Program-made: the position numbers and the translations under genes | Shown here: positions 1 through 8,846 of the stretch, one piece after another | How positions within the stretch are numbered: the stretch's first letter is position 1 | How the letters are laid out: the number at the start of each line of letters is the position of its first letter | NCBI GenBank assembly: GCA_964444545.1 | Contig: CAYUHG010000001.1 | Span: 6,033-70,032 of the forward strand | Direction: 5' to 3' | Length of the DNA stretch: 64,000 nucleotides | DNA from: an uncultured Rhizobium sp. | GTDB taxonomy: Bacteria > Pseudomonadota > Alphaproteobacteria > Rickettsiales > UBA1997 | Notes under the pieces: model-generated | Told to the model about the DNA's origin: nothing | What the model saw: the letters and a program-made list of their open reading frames with translations, nothing else | The model's database searches: none

Positions 1-209
1 GCATTATTGCTCTAGCACTTACTTTGCGTGACGGAAAATTTGGTGAATCAAATAGTTATAAATTATTAAATTTTTGCGGTGGGCTTTGTTTGCTTTACTA
101 TGCGATTGTTACTCACAGCGTGCCCTTCATCATTTTGGAAAGTATTTGGGTTGCTTTGCCTTTGATTTCGCTGATAAAAAATTTTTTGCAGCTAGGCGAA
201 AAATCTTAA
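1..209 (+). CDS. 3' end of a membrane-protein gene that starts upstream of the window
   Basis: Frame 3 is open from base 3 to the stop at 207-209. The tail LLNFCGGLCLLYYAIVTHSVPFIILESIWVALPLISLIKNF is hydrophobic and looks like two TM helices. No family assignment. Confidence 0.3.
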   Translation, partial: IIALALTLRDGKFGESNSYKLLNFCGGLCLLYYAIVTHSVPFIILESIWVALPLISLIKNFLQLGEKS

Positions 210-1639
210 AAAATTTCCGGATAATTTCCCCAGCCAAACAAGCTCAAATTCAGCTCTAAATAAATAAAATCAGAAACGCCGTTGCGCCCAACATTTTTTG
301 TGAATTTTCCGGGTTCAAAATGGGCGTATCCCAAAGTAGTGCTGACATTTTTTGTGATGTCGTAATGAGTACGAAAATCGAAATCATGACCTATGGCTTT
401 GCCATTCAATCCATTTTCGTCTTGTAGGTTACCACGCTTCCAACTATCGGAAGCGCTGGCCAGCCAATAATAGCTGTAACTTGCTTCAGAGCGTAATTTT
501 TTGTGTGGTGAAAATTCGACTCGACTTTTTACGGTCTCTAAATTTTCCCATTCGATGGTATTACTATTCGACCACGATCTGTTGAAACCATAAAATCTTT
601 CAAAACGCTGATTCTTGCCATCGTTAGGATTTTTATCGCCGCTGGCATAGGAATAAACTACGCTAAATCTTGGATTCCACTTGTGTTCGTAGCTGTAACC
701 AATCTCAACAGATGAGGCGTTAGCGCGATGAGTCTGGTAATTACTTTCTCCAAATTGGTAAATTCCGATCAAGTCGTAATCGAATTTGCTGTTACCGAAA
801 TTACCAAAAATTCTTACACCCGGTGAATTGATTTTTCGGCGACTAGTCGTCAAAGATTTATCTTGATCGAGCATAAAATAAAAAGGCTGCAAAGTGAATT
901 TTTCTGACCATCTGCGCCAATTTAAAATTGTAGCATAAACCCATTTGCTTGTATTAACGCGATCACTTTCATTAGTTGATTTTGTCATCGGCTGTAGCGC
1001 AAAGCTGTCGAGCTGCCAATCGTTTTCTTTTTTGCCGATTATGGTACGAAATCCCTGAAAATTGGTGCCGGTATTTCCCCAATCATCACGCGCCAAAAGT
1101 TTGCGATCAATTACTTCAAACGCCATACGACCAGCTCTAAAGCTGATTGGTCGGTCTAAAATTGTCGGATCTTTAAAATATAATTCTCCGTAAGCTTGAA
1201 AAATATCGAGTGTATTTACGTCACCAGTACTTTTGGGAAACTTGCTGTGATCTATGCGTGAGTCTTGAAGCTCAATGGCAAAACGCAGAGGATCGAGAAT
1301 ATTTTTTATACCAAAATAAGCTTGAGTACGTCTTAAAAAAGCATCATCAGTGGCGTTGGTTGATCTACGAAAATCATTTTCGCGATGTTCATATCTTACG
1401 CGATAAGACAAGCCAGCATCAATCCAGTCGATATTTTTGAAATCTTCAATTCCAGTTTGGTCAAGTTGATTGACATAGCGCGGAGGATCTGTTTCAGGAG
1501 TAGAGCTGTAGCTTCTTGATTTCACGTAATAGTTGCGCTTACGCTTTGATTCACTTGATTCTTTTTCAAAACCTTCAGCAAACGATAATTGCGCGCCAAA
1601 TATAGCAAAAATAGTAGCGGTTAAAGTCAGTTTTTTCAT
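206..1639 (-). CDS. Outer-membrane beta-barrel protein, alginate-export (AlgE)-like family candidate
   Basis: 477-aa ORF with signal peptide MKKLTLTATIFAIFGAQLSFA. Alternating aromatic/polar beta-strand pattern (GLSYRVRYE, FSVVYSYASG, EASYSYYW). C-terminal residue is Phe, as is typical of OMP barrels. Confidence 0.5.
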   Translation of the reverse strand: MKKLTLTATIFAIFGAQLSFAEGFEKESSESKRKRNYYVKSRSYSSTPETDPPRYVNQLDQTGIEDFKNIDWIDAGLSYRVRYEHRENDFRRSTNATDDAFLRRTQAYFGIKNILDPLRFAIELQDSRIDHSKFPKSTGDVNTLDIFQAYGELYFKDPTILDRPISFRAGRMAFEVIDRKLLARDDWGNTGTNFQGFRTIIGKKENDWQLDSFALQPMTKSTNESDRVNTSKWVYATILNWRRWSEKFTLQPFYFMLDQDKSLTTSRRKINSPGVRIFGNFGNSKFDYDLIGIYQFGESNYQTHRANASSVEIGYSYEHKWNPRFSVVYSYASGDKNPNDGKNQRFERFYGFNRSWSNSNTIEWENLETVKSRVEFSPHKKLRSEASYSYYWLASASDSWKRGNLQDENGLNGKAIGHDFDFRTHYDITKNVSTTLGYAHFEPGKFTKNVGRNGVSDFIYLELNLSLFGWGNYPEIF

Positions 1640-1707
1640 TGCTGTTTTGTATTTTTGCCATCAGCAACTGATAATAAAATCTCTTCTTAAAAAATTGAAG
1701 ACCTAAA

Positions 1708-3015
1708 TTATTTGACCAGCATCTGCGAAAATTTCTTCACATCACGGGCTAAATGTAGTGAGCCGCAAATGATTATGCGGCAAGGATCTGCATGATTTTT
1801 TGTGATGTAATAAAAAGCATCAAGCAAATCGGCAGCAGCAAAAATTTCCATGCCGATTTCACAACCAATTTCTGAAATTCGTTCACAACTTTCTGGATAA
1901 GGTTCGCCGTCAACTCTTACAGCAACAACTTCCGCGATATTTCTAAATTTTTCTAAAAATTCTTTTTTACATTTATTGCGACTGAATCCGCAAACTACAA
2001 AATTCTTTTTATCATCATTCTGCTCTGTGATAAAACGCGCCAGACTAAAAGCTCCAGCCTCGTTGTGAGCGCCATCAATCCAAATTTCCGCTGCGTAATT
2101 TTTAAAAATTTTGTTTAAATTATTGTTGATCTTTTCCAAACGACTTGGCCAAAAAACGTTGGAGATTGCTTGTCGGATGTGACTTTCTTCAATGTTGAAT
2201 TGATCTTTAATTGCCAACACAGCCGCAATTGCCGTGGCAAAATTAATATATTGATGATCGCCCAAGAGAGCAGGGCGTGGCAAATTTTCAAAAAATTCTT
2301 CTTCAAAAAAGAAATCAAATTCGCCGTTTTCATCTTTGGCGACACCAAAATCTTCGTCGTAAAAATAAGTTTTGATCTGTTGATCGTTAGCCAGAATTTC
2401 AATTATCTCACGCGCTTTTTGTGGTTGTGAAGCAACAATCAATGGCGTTTCTGGTCGCATAATCATGGCTTTTTCTAGAGCGATTCTTTCAATCGAATTT
2501 CCCAAATATTCTACGTGATCGAAAGAAATCGGCATAATTAAAGTCGCCAATTTTTTTTGAATAATGTTGGTCGCATCAATTCTGCCACCCATGCCGCATT
2601 CAATCACAGCAACGTCTGCTGGAATTTTTGAAAAAGCAAGAAACGCACCGATCGTAAAACTTTCCATAAAAGTAAGTGGTATTCCTTCAGCGGCGATTCT
2701 GGTTTCCTCCATAATTTCGAAGAGAAAATTATCGGAAATTTTTTCGCCAGCTAAAACAATTCTTTCGTTGGAATCATGCAAATGTGGCGAAGTGTAAATA
2801 TGAGTTTTGTAGCCAGATTGTTTAAAAATTTCCGCAATCAAAGAAACCGCTGAACCTTTACCATTTGTGCCGGCAACATGAATTACTGGCGGTAGTTTTT
2901 GATGAGGATTTCCTAACTTTTCTAAAACAATCGCCATGCGTTCGAAAACTGTTTCGTAGTCGATTTGTCTTTTTCCTAATGTCGATGGAATTGGCCAATG
3001 AGGTAGATAAACCAT
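1708..3015 (-). CDS. folC: Folylpolyglutamate synthase / dihydrofolate synthase
   Basis: 435 aa with the Mur-ligase P-loop HVAGTNGKGS. Overall FolC-like layout: ...ECGMGGRIDATN..., C-terminal IDGAHNEAG. Confidence 0.85.
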   Translation of the reverse strand: MVYLPHWPIPSTLGKRQIDYETVFERMAIVLEKLGNPHQKLPPVIHVAGTNGKGSAVSLIAEIFKQSGYKTHIYTSPHLHDSNERIVLAGEKISDNFLFEIMEETRIAAEGIPLTFMESFTIGAFLAFSKIPADVAVIECGMGGRIDATNIIQKKLATLIMPISFDHVEYLGNSIERIALEKAMIMRPETPLIVASQPQKAREIIEILANDQQIKTYFYDEDFGVAKDENGEFDFFFEEEFFENLPRPALLGDHQYINFATAIAAVLAIKDQFNIEESHIRQAISNVFWPSRLEKINNNLNKIFKNYAAEIWIDGAHNEAGAFSLARFITEQNDDKKNFVVCGFSRNKCKKEFLEKFRNIAEVVAVRVDGEPYPESCERISEIGCEIGMEIFAAADLLDAFYYITKNHADPCRIIICGSLHLARDVKKFSQMLVK

Positions 3016-3038
3016 TTTGATTTAAGTTTTAGATTCTT

Positions 3039-3140
3039 ATTGTCATCCTGAGCGCAGCGAAGGATCTCGTTAGTCGAGAGCAATCTCACACTAAATCACT
3101 CTCGACTCACGAGATCCTTCGCTGCGCTCAGGATGACAAT
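3039..3140. repeat. Hairpin-forming dispersed repeat, family 1, copy 1 (perfect 31-bp outer stem plus 9-bp inner stem)
   Basis: ATTGTCATCCTGAGCGCAGCGAAGGATCTCG ... CGAGATCCTTCGCTGCGCTCAGGATGACAAT read directly. Lies in the divergent folC/porin intergenic region. Confidence 0.9.
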
Positions 3141-3161
3141 TACTACACTATCTATCCGATT

Positions 3162-4373
3162 TTGAAAAAACTAAATTTTATTGTGCTGCTACTTGCGTTT
3201 CCAAGTTTCGCCAACGCAGCTAATTCCGGAAATAAATTTCAGATTACACCAAATACACAATTGCAAATCAGTGGATTGAGCAATTTTTCTAGTGCTGTGC
3301 AAAATCAAAGCAGCGTCTATGAGCAAAAACAATTTGAGGATGGCGCAAATAATCGCAACGACAGAAACCCAGCTCTAGAAAATAATTCGCAGCTTTATCT
3401 CAAGCTTGAAAACAAAGCTTCGGCGTTTTCTAAAAATAAATTTGGCGTGAATTTAAAAATCGAATCAGAAGTTTATTCAGCACAAAATAAAGGCACAATC
3501 AACGCCGATCAGGGTTTTATTTATGCCGATTCTGAAGATTTCGGCAAAGCAGAAATTGGTGATATCGTTGCCGTAAACCAAAAAATGAAAGTAGGGCCAG
3601 CAAGCTTTGTGCGTGGCTCTGGCGGTATTAATGGCAACTACTTGAAATATATAAATTTACCAACTTCGTTACAATTTATTTTGGTCGCACAATCACCAAT
3701 TGGTCACGGTGGCAACGCGCTAAATTCTCAAATCAATCAAGATTCGATCAAAATTTTGCGCAACGGCAGTTTTAACGGAGCGGAAGATGCGACAAAAATA
3801 AATTATTACAGTCCGCGAATTGAAGGATTGCAAATCGGTGCCAGCTACACTCCAAACACCTCAGATTCGATAGTTTCTTCGACAGTTTTTAGCGGACAAA
3901 ATAATGCCATTTCAGATGTCTTGAGTTTTGGTGCAAATTACACCAATAATTTTGAAAATTTTGATTACGCTTTTTCTGCAACTTCTGAGCAAGGTAGATC
4001 AAAAAATTCTGCACAAAATAATTTATCTTCTTACGACGTCGCCACAACCATGGCGTATTTTGGATTCACCTTCGGCGCTTCTTACGGCAGTTGGAAAAAA
4101 TCTTTGCAAAGCAATTCGCAAAATTTCAAGAATGCCACTTACAGAACTTTAGGAATTTCTTATCAAATCGGACATTTTTCGGTGAGCTTAACTAACTTAA
4201 AAAGTAGCTTCCAAAAAAATGATTATCAGGCGAGCTCTCTAGGTCTTGACTATAAGCTTAGCAAAGCTTTTATGCCTTACTTTGAAATTACCCAATTTAA
4301 ATTTTCGCCTTCCCAAAACATTGCTAACAATGCTGGATTCGTGGCTTTAGGCGGTTTTGTATTTTCATTCTAA
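3162..4373 (+). CDS. Outer-membrane porin (Gram-negative general porin-like)
   Basis: 403 aa with signal peptide MKKLNFIVLLLAFPSFANA (TTG start). Rich in Gly, Asn, Ser and Tyr with beta-strand periodicity. C-terminal GGFVFSF ends in Phe. Confidence 0.65.
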   Translation: MKKLNFIVLLLAFPSFANAANSGNKFQITPNTQLQISGLSNFSSAVQNQSSVYEQKQFEDGANNRNDRNPALENNSQLYLKLENKASAFSKNKFGVNLKIESEVYSAQNKGTINADQGFIYADSEDFGKAEIGDIVAVNQKMKVGPASFVRGSGGINGNYLKYINLPTSLQFILVAQSPIGHGGNALNSQINQDSIKILRNGSFNGAEDATKINYYSPRIEGLQIGASYTPNTSDSIVSSTVFSGQNNAISDVLSFGANYTNNFENFDYAFSATSEQGRSKNSAQNNLSSYDVATTMAYFGFTFGASYGSWKKSLQSNSQNFKNATYRTLGISYQIGHFSVSLTNLKSSFQKNDYQASSLGLDYKLSKAFMPYFEITQFKFSPSQNIANNAGFVALGGFVFSF

Positions 4374-4392
4374 TTAAATAAGATTTCACAAA

Positions 4393-5391
4393 ATGAGTAT
4401 AGCAGCTCTTGATTCCTATCTGTTGCCTTTAAAACAAATATTGGACAGAGATGGTGTAAACGAGGTTTCAATCAACCGTCCGAACGAAGTTTGGGTTGAA
4501 TGTAAAGGCGATACTTTTCGTGAAGAATTACCCACTTTTGATTTTAACCACTTAAAATCTTTGGCACGTCTGGTTGCGCAATCAACTGAACAAAGATTGA
4601 GTGAAGAAGAACCTTTGCTTTCGGCAACACTTCCCAATGGTTTTCGTATTCAAATCGTATTTCCACCAGCCTGCGAACCAGGTTCGGTAATCATCTCAAT
4701 TCGTAAACCTTCAAGCATCAAATGGAGTTTGGAAGATTACGATAAAATGGGCATGTTCGCTAGCGCCTCAGTTGGTGAAGTTGAAGACAAAAACGATCTA
4801 ATTTTAGCAAAACTTTTACAGCTTGGTCGCATTAAAGATTTCTTGATGCGCGCAGTTTTGTACAAAAAAAATATCATCATTTCTGGCGGTACTTCAACCG
4901 GTAAAACCACATTTACCAACGCCATGATTCAAGCAATTCCACATGAAGAACGTTTGATTACGGTGGAAGACGCTCGAGAAATTGACTTAACTTTTCACCA
5001 AAATCGTGTGCATTTAATTGCGTCAAAAGGTGGGCAGGGCAGGGCAAAAGTTACTACACAAGATTTGATCGAAGCCTGTTTACGTCTTCGTCCGGAAAGA
5101 ATTATTGTGGGTGAGTTACGTGGTGCTGAAGCTTTCTCGTTCCTTCGTGCGATTAACACCGGTCACCCTGGATCAATTTCAACGCTTCACGCCGACACTC
5201 CGAAAATGGCGATGGAACAGCTGAAAATGATGGTAATGCAAGCCGGTCTTGGTATGGCTCCAAGCGAAATTAATTCTTACATTCGTAACGTAGTTGACGT
5301 TGTCGTGCAGTTAAAACGCGGCGCCAAAGGTAAACGTTACATTTCTGAAGTTTACTTCAAAGCTATTCACAACCAACCAGCAAAAGAATAA
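4393..5391 (+). CDS. virB11: Type IV secretion traffic ATPase VirB11
   Basis: 332 aa. Walker A ISGGTSTGKTTF, Walker B/Asp box RPERIIVGELRGAEA, His box NTGHPGSISTLHA. Size is typical of VirB11/TrbB. Confidence 0.8.
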   Translation: MSIAALDSYLLPLKQILDRDGVNEVSINRPNEVWVECKGDTFREELPTFDFNHLKSLARLVAQSTEQRLSEEEPLLSATLPNGFRIQIVFPPACEPGSVIISIRKPSSIKWSLEDYDKMGMFASASVGEVEDKNDLILAKLLQLGRIKDFLMRAVLYKKNIIISGGTSTGKTTFTNAMIQAIPHEERLITVEDAREIDLTFHQNRVHLIASKGGQGRAKVTTQDLIEACLRLRPERIIVGELRGAEAFSFLRAINTGHPGSISTLHADTPKMAMEQLKMMVMQAGLGMAPSEINSYIRNVVDVVVQLKRGAKGKRYISEVYFKAIHNQPAKE

Positions 5392-5397
5392 TACAAG

Positions 5398-6423
5398 ATG
5401 GATCACACACGTTTTTTTGATAAAAAATCTGAGTCTCTAACATTACAGCAAATCGTTGATATTACTGGTGCAAAACCTTTCACAGATGTTGATCTAAATG
5501 TAAAAATTTCTGACATTTCAACTTTAGAAAAAGCTACTTCTTCCGAAATTTCTTTCTTTAGTTCTGGCCAATATTTTGAGCAGTTCCAAAAATCTCAGGC
5601 CGGATTTTGTTTAGTTGATGAAAAAAGCGCGTCCAAAGCTCCGCAAGGAATGACTGTTTTGGTTCACAAAAATCCGTACTTCGCTTATTCGCAAATTGTG
5701 AACAGTTTTTACAAAGTTAAAGATATTGAATTTGACGGCACAAAATTAATCCACGGATCAGCAAAAATTGGTGAAGGTACCAAAATTGCACCGAATGCTT
5801 ACGTTGGTAAAAATGTTACAATTGGCAAAAATTGTTTTATCGGTCCAAACGCTTCAATCATGGATAATTGTGTGATTGGCGATAATTGCATCATTAACGC
5901 CAATGTAGTTATTTCTTTCGCGGTTATCGGAAATAATTGCGGATTTTTAAACGGTGCCAAAATTGGCCAAGATGGTTTTGGTTTTGCTCACAACGCTGGC
6001 GTGAATCACAAAATTTTGCAGCTTGGCATTGTTGAAATTGGCAATGATGTTGAAATTGGGGCGAATAGCTGTGTTGATCGCGGCGCGATTGAAAATACTA
6101 TTATTAGAGATGGCGCGAAAATCGACAATTTAGTTCAAATCGCCCACAACGTAATCATCGGCAAAGGCACAGTAATGGCTGGATGTTCAGCAGTTGCGGG
6201 CAGCACAAAAATTGGAAATTACGTTCAAGTTGGTGGTGGTTGCAGCATCAGCGGTCACATTTCAATTGGCGACGGCGCTAGAATTGCCGGCATGAGCGGC
6301 GTAATGCGTGACATCGAGCCAATGCAAATTATGGCGGGAATCCCAGTTCAACCAATCCGCGACTGGCACAAAATTAATTCAAAGCTGGTGGCGTTGATCA
6401 AGAAATCGGATAAAAACAATTAA
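5398..6423 (+). CDS. lpxD: UDP-3-O-acylglucosamine N-acyltransferase
   Basis: 341 aa. N-terminal LpxD domain followed by a long left-handed beta-helix of hexapeptide repeats (IGxNxxIGxN...). C-terminal helical tail. Confidence 0.9.
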   Translation: MDHTRFFDKKSESLTLQQIVDITGAKPFTDVDLNVKISDISTLEKATSSEISFFSSGQYFEQFQKSQAGFCLVDEKSASKAPQGMTVLVHKNPYFAYSQIVNSFYKVKDIEFDGTKLIHGSAKIGEGTKIAPNAYVGKNVTIGKNCFIGPNASIMDNCVIGDNCIINANVVISFAVIGNNCGFLNGAKIGQDGFGFAHNAGVNHKILQLGIVEIGNDVEIGANSCVDRGAIENTIIRDGAKIDNLVQIAHNVIIGKGTVMAGCSAVAGSTKIGNYVQVGGGCSISGHISIGDGARIAGMSGVMRDIEPMQIMAGIPVQPIRDWHKINSKLVALIKKSDKNN

Positions 6424-6977
6424 GATTTTTTACGACTTCCTTCCGTCCAAAATAAAGTTAGCAAATGTAATGCTAGCAAGAATCCAGCAATCATCAAAGT
6501 TACGACAACTCGGCTGTTATTTATCATTTCCAAACTATTGCCAATAAAGCTGATAGAAGAGGGTAGAGGCCAGAAAATTAAGAAGCTGAAAATTACGACG
6601 ATAAATAATTCACGGCAAATTTGTAAGTTTGAGATTGTAACTAAATCCGCTTTTTTTGTGATTGCACTAAGATCTCTCAGCCAATGTTTGACAGAGATTA
6701 GAGATGTCAAAATTGATAGGAATAACAGCAAATTCCAAAAAATTATTTTAACCAGAATCTCGCTTAATTGTATTCCAACTTTGAATAAAATTAAAAGATC
6801 AAGAACCGCCGAAACCGCGACGATCAACATCAAAAGCGATATGAAAGTAAGAGGAATTGAACGAACGAGAATGAATTTGATGCTGCGATTTTTTAGAATT
6901 GGCAGATAAATCGAGAAGTTGGTTAAAAATAATGCCACGAAATAAAAACAAAAAATCACCACCGAATTATTTGGCAT
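6420..6977 (-). CDS. Polytopic inner-membrane protein, unknown function
   Basis: 185 aa with 5-6 hydrophobic segments. No recognisable motif. Converges on lpxD with a 4-nt overlap. Confidence 0.5.
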   Translation of the reverse strand: MPNNSVVIFCFYFVALFLTNFSIYLPILKNRSIKFILVRSIPLTFISLLMLIVAVSAVLDLLILFKVGIQLSEILVKIIFWNLLLFLSILTSLISVKHWLRDLSAITKKADLVTISNLQICRELFIVVIFSFLIFWPLPSSISFIGNSLEMINNSRVVVTLMIAGFLLALHLLTLFWTEGSRKKS

Positions 6978-7015
6978 CGTATTTTTTATGAGTTGATTTT
7001 CACGAGATCGCTTAA

Positions 7016-7609
7016 CTAGTTGTTAGGAGAAGTCACACCTATCACTTTGATATAAGCTCCTTTCTGATAAGTAGTGGTTTTTTGGTAACCACCTTCATAT
7101 TTGTAGATACCGGTAGTTTCGTATTTTCTACCAGGAAAAGAGGGCAGAAAATACATGTTTTCTGGATGTGATTTTTCAAATGCAATATCTTCAATACTGC
7201 CATTTTCTGTGTTATAAGACAGAGTTGCTTTGCCGTATTTTTTCTCAGCATCAGCAATTAAAGATGTAACACCAATACCTTCTGCTGTTTTGAAAATTTT
7301 ATTAGTGGTATCAGCACCAAGGATTAGTCCATCACATTCTTGATAAGTTTCTTCACTCAAAGAAACAGAAAATAATTCATCTCCTGTTTTCTTGTTTGAA
7401 ATCACACATTTATAGAAGTCAGCGTCCAAATCATCAGTTTTATAATTATATTCTGCCGGCGGTAATAATTTTTTTAAATTAGTCATCGAATCGCCGATTT
7501 TCACGGGGCCAATTGATTTTTCAGTGATTAAAGTATTGATGTTTTGAGCGAAGCAAAAAGAAATATTTCCACAAAGAAAGGTAAGGATGATGACTAGTGT
7601 TTTTTTCAT
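7016..7609 (-). CDS. Secreted/periplasmic protein, unknown function
   Basis: 197 aa with signal peptide MKKTLVIILTFLCGNISFCFA. No recognisable catalytic motif. Confidence 0.5.
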   Translation of the reverse strand: MKKTLVIILTFLCGNISFCFAQNINTLITEKSIGPVKIGDSMTNLKKLLPPAEYNYKTDDLDADFYKCVISNKKTGDELFSVSLSEETYQECDGLILGADTTNKIFKTAEGIGVTSLIADAEKKYGKATLSYNTENGSIEDIAFEKSHPENMYFLPSFPGRKYETTGIYKYEGGYQKTTTYQKGAYIKVIGVTSPNN

Positions 7610-7846
7610 AAATTAGGAAAATTTTTTTGTATTAAAGCCTAAGCACAACATAAAAGAGGTAATCGAATTTAACTCAACTTAAAAAATAAGTTGGCATCCA
7701 AATCAGCAGTTAAGAAGATTTTTTACGAACGACTGTTATCTATCATTTCTAGACTTTAAGACAAAGCGAATATTAATTGATCATTCTTATACAGCGTGAT
7801 TTGCTAGAAAAATAAATCCCTTCTTAACGTTATTAAAAAATCTATT

Positions 7847-8686
7847 ATGAAAAATATTTTGGTCGCTACTGATTTATCGGTTCGCTCGGATAGAGCTCTG
7901 CAAAGAGCCTTGAATTTAGCAAGACATTATAAAGCAAAACTTACAATTTTGCATGTGATTGATGAGGATCATCCAGAAGTTCTTCACAGCGATTTAAACA
8001 GATTGGCTAAGAAAGAGATCTTTGAAGCTGTAGATGGAAAAACCAAGGATGTGCACTACAAAATAGAGATTGTTACCGGAATTCCTCATGTGGAAATTTT
8101 ACAATCAGCTTTAAAAATTAAAGCTGATCTAGTCGTTATCGGCTTACATCGCCATACAAATGAAGGCAATTCAATGATCGGCAGTGTAATACAAAGAGTT
8201 GTAAAAGATTCTTTAAAGCCGGTTTTGGTTGTGAGAGAGAACACTAAATCTGAATACAAGAAAATTTTAGTAGCATTCGACTTTAACTCTCATTCTAAAA
8301 ACTCCCTAAAACTCTCTCTGAAGTTATTCCCTGAAGCTAATTTTACTTTGCTACACAGTTATCACATGCCATTTGTCGGCATGATTGGAGTTTCAAATTC
8401 CGCTTTAGAAAGTGAACACAGAAAAGATTGCGAAAAGGAAATGGATGAAACTTTAAAAGAAGTTACTCGTAGCCTTTCTAAGTCAGGCAGCAAAAATTAT
8501 AAAATTAAAAATAAGTTAGAAAACGGATCGATAATTGATGTTCTAAAGAAAGAAGTTCTTTATTCAAAACCTCAACTAATGGTTATTGGCACTCATGGAA
8601 GAAGTGGGATCTCTCGCATTCTATCACTAAATGTTGCCGAAACATTTTTGATTGATCCTCCTTGTGATGTTTTAGTTTCTTTCTAG
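7847..8686 (+). CDS. Universal stress protein, tandem Usp domains
   Basis: 279 aa. Two Usp-like halves, each starting (K)ILVA(T/F)D. The second ends in the ATP-binding-type G-2x-G-9x-G(S/T) motif (IGTHGRSGISRILSLNVAE). The first (GLHRHTNEGNSMIGSVIQ) is a degenerate version that has lost the first two Gly. Confidence 0.7.
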   Translation: MKNILVATDLSVRSDRALQRALNLARHYKAKLTILHVIDEDHPEVLHSDLNRLAKKEIFEAVDGKTKDVHYKIEIVTGIPHVEILQSALKIKADLVVIGLHRHTNEGNSMIGSVIQRVVKDSLKPVLVVRENTKSEYKKILVAFDFNSHSKNSLKLSLKLFPEANFTLLHSYHMPFVGMIGVSNSALESEHRKDCEKEMDETLKEVTRSLSKSGSKNYKIKNKLENGSIIDVLKKEVLYSKPQLMVIGTHGRSGISRILSLNVAETFLIDPPCDVLVSF

Positions 8687-8708
8687 CTAATCACACGCAG
8701 ATCTTAAT

Positions 8709-8747
8709 AAAAAAGCCCGTCAATTTCAGTATTGGCGGGCTTTTTTT
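8709..8747. terminator. Bidirectional rho-independent terminator between convergent genes
   Basis: AAAAAGCCCGTCAAT-TTCAGT-ATTGGCGGGCTTTTTTT. 10-bp stem with one G-U pair, A-tract on one side and T-tract on the other. Confidence 0.6.
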
Positions 8748-8846
8748 ATGATTGGAATCGTAACGCCTTGTAACAACAAACTCATCATGTTGCTACTTTC
8801 CTCGAAAATCTCCTTCACCCTATCTTGGGTTGAGCTAATGAGATAG

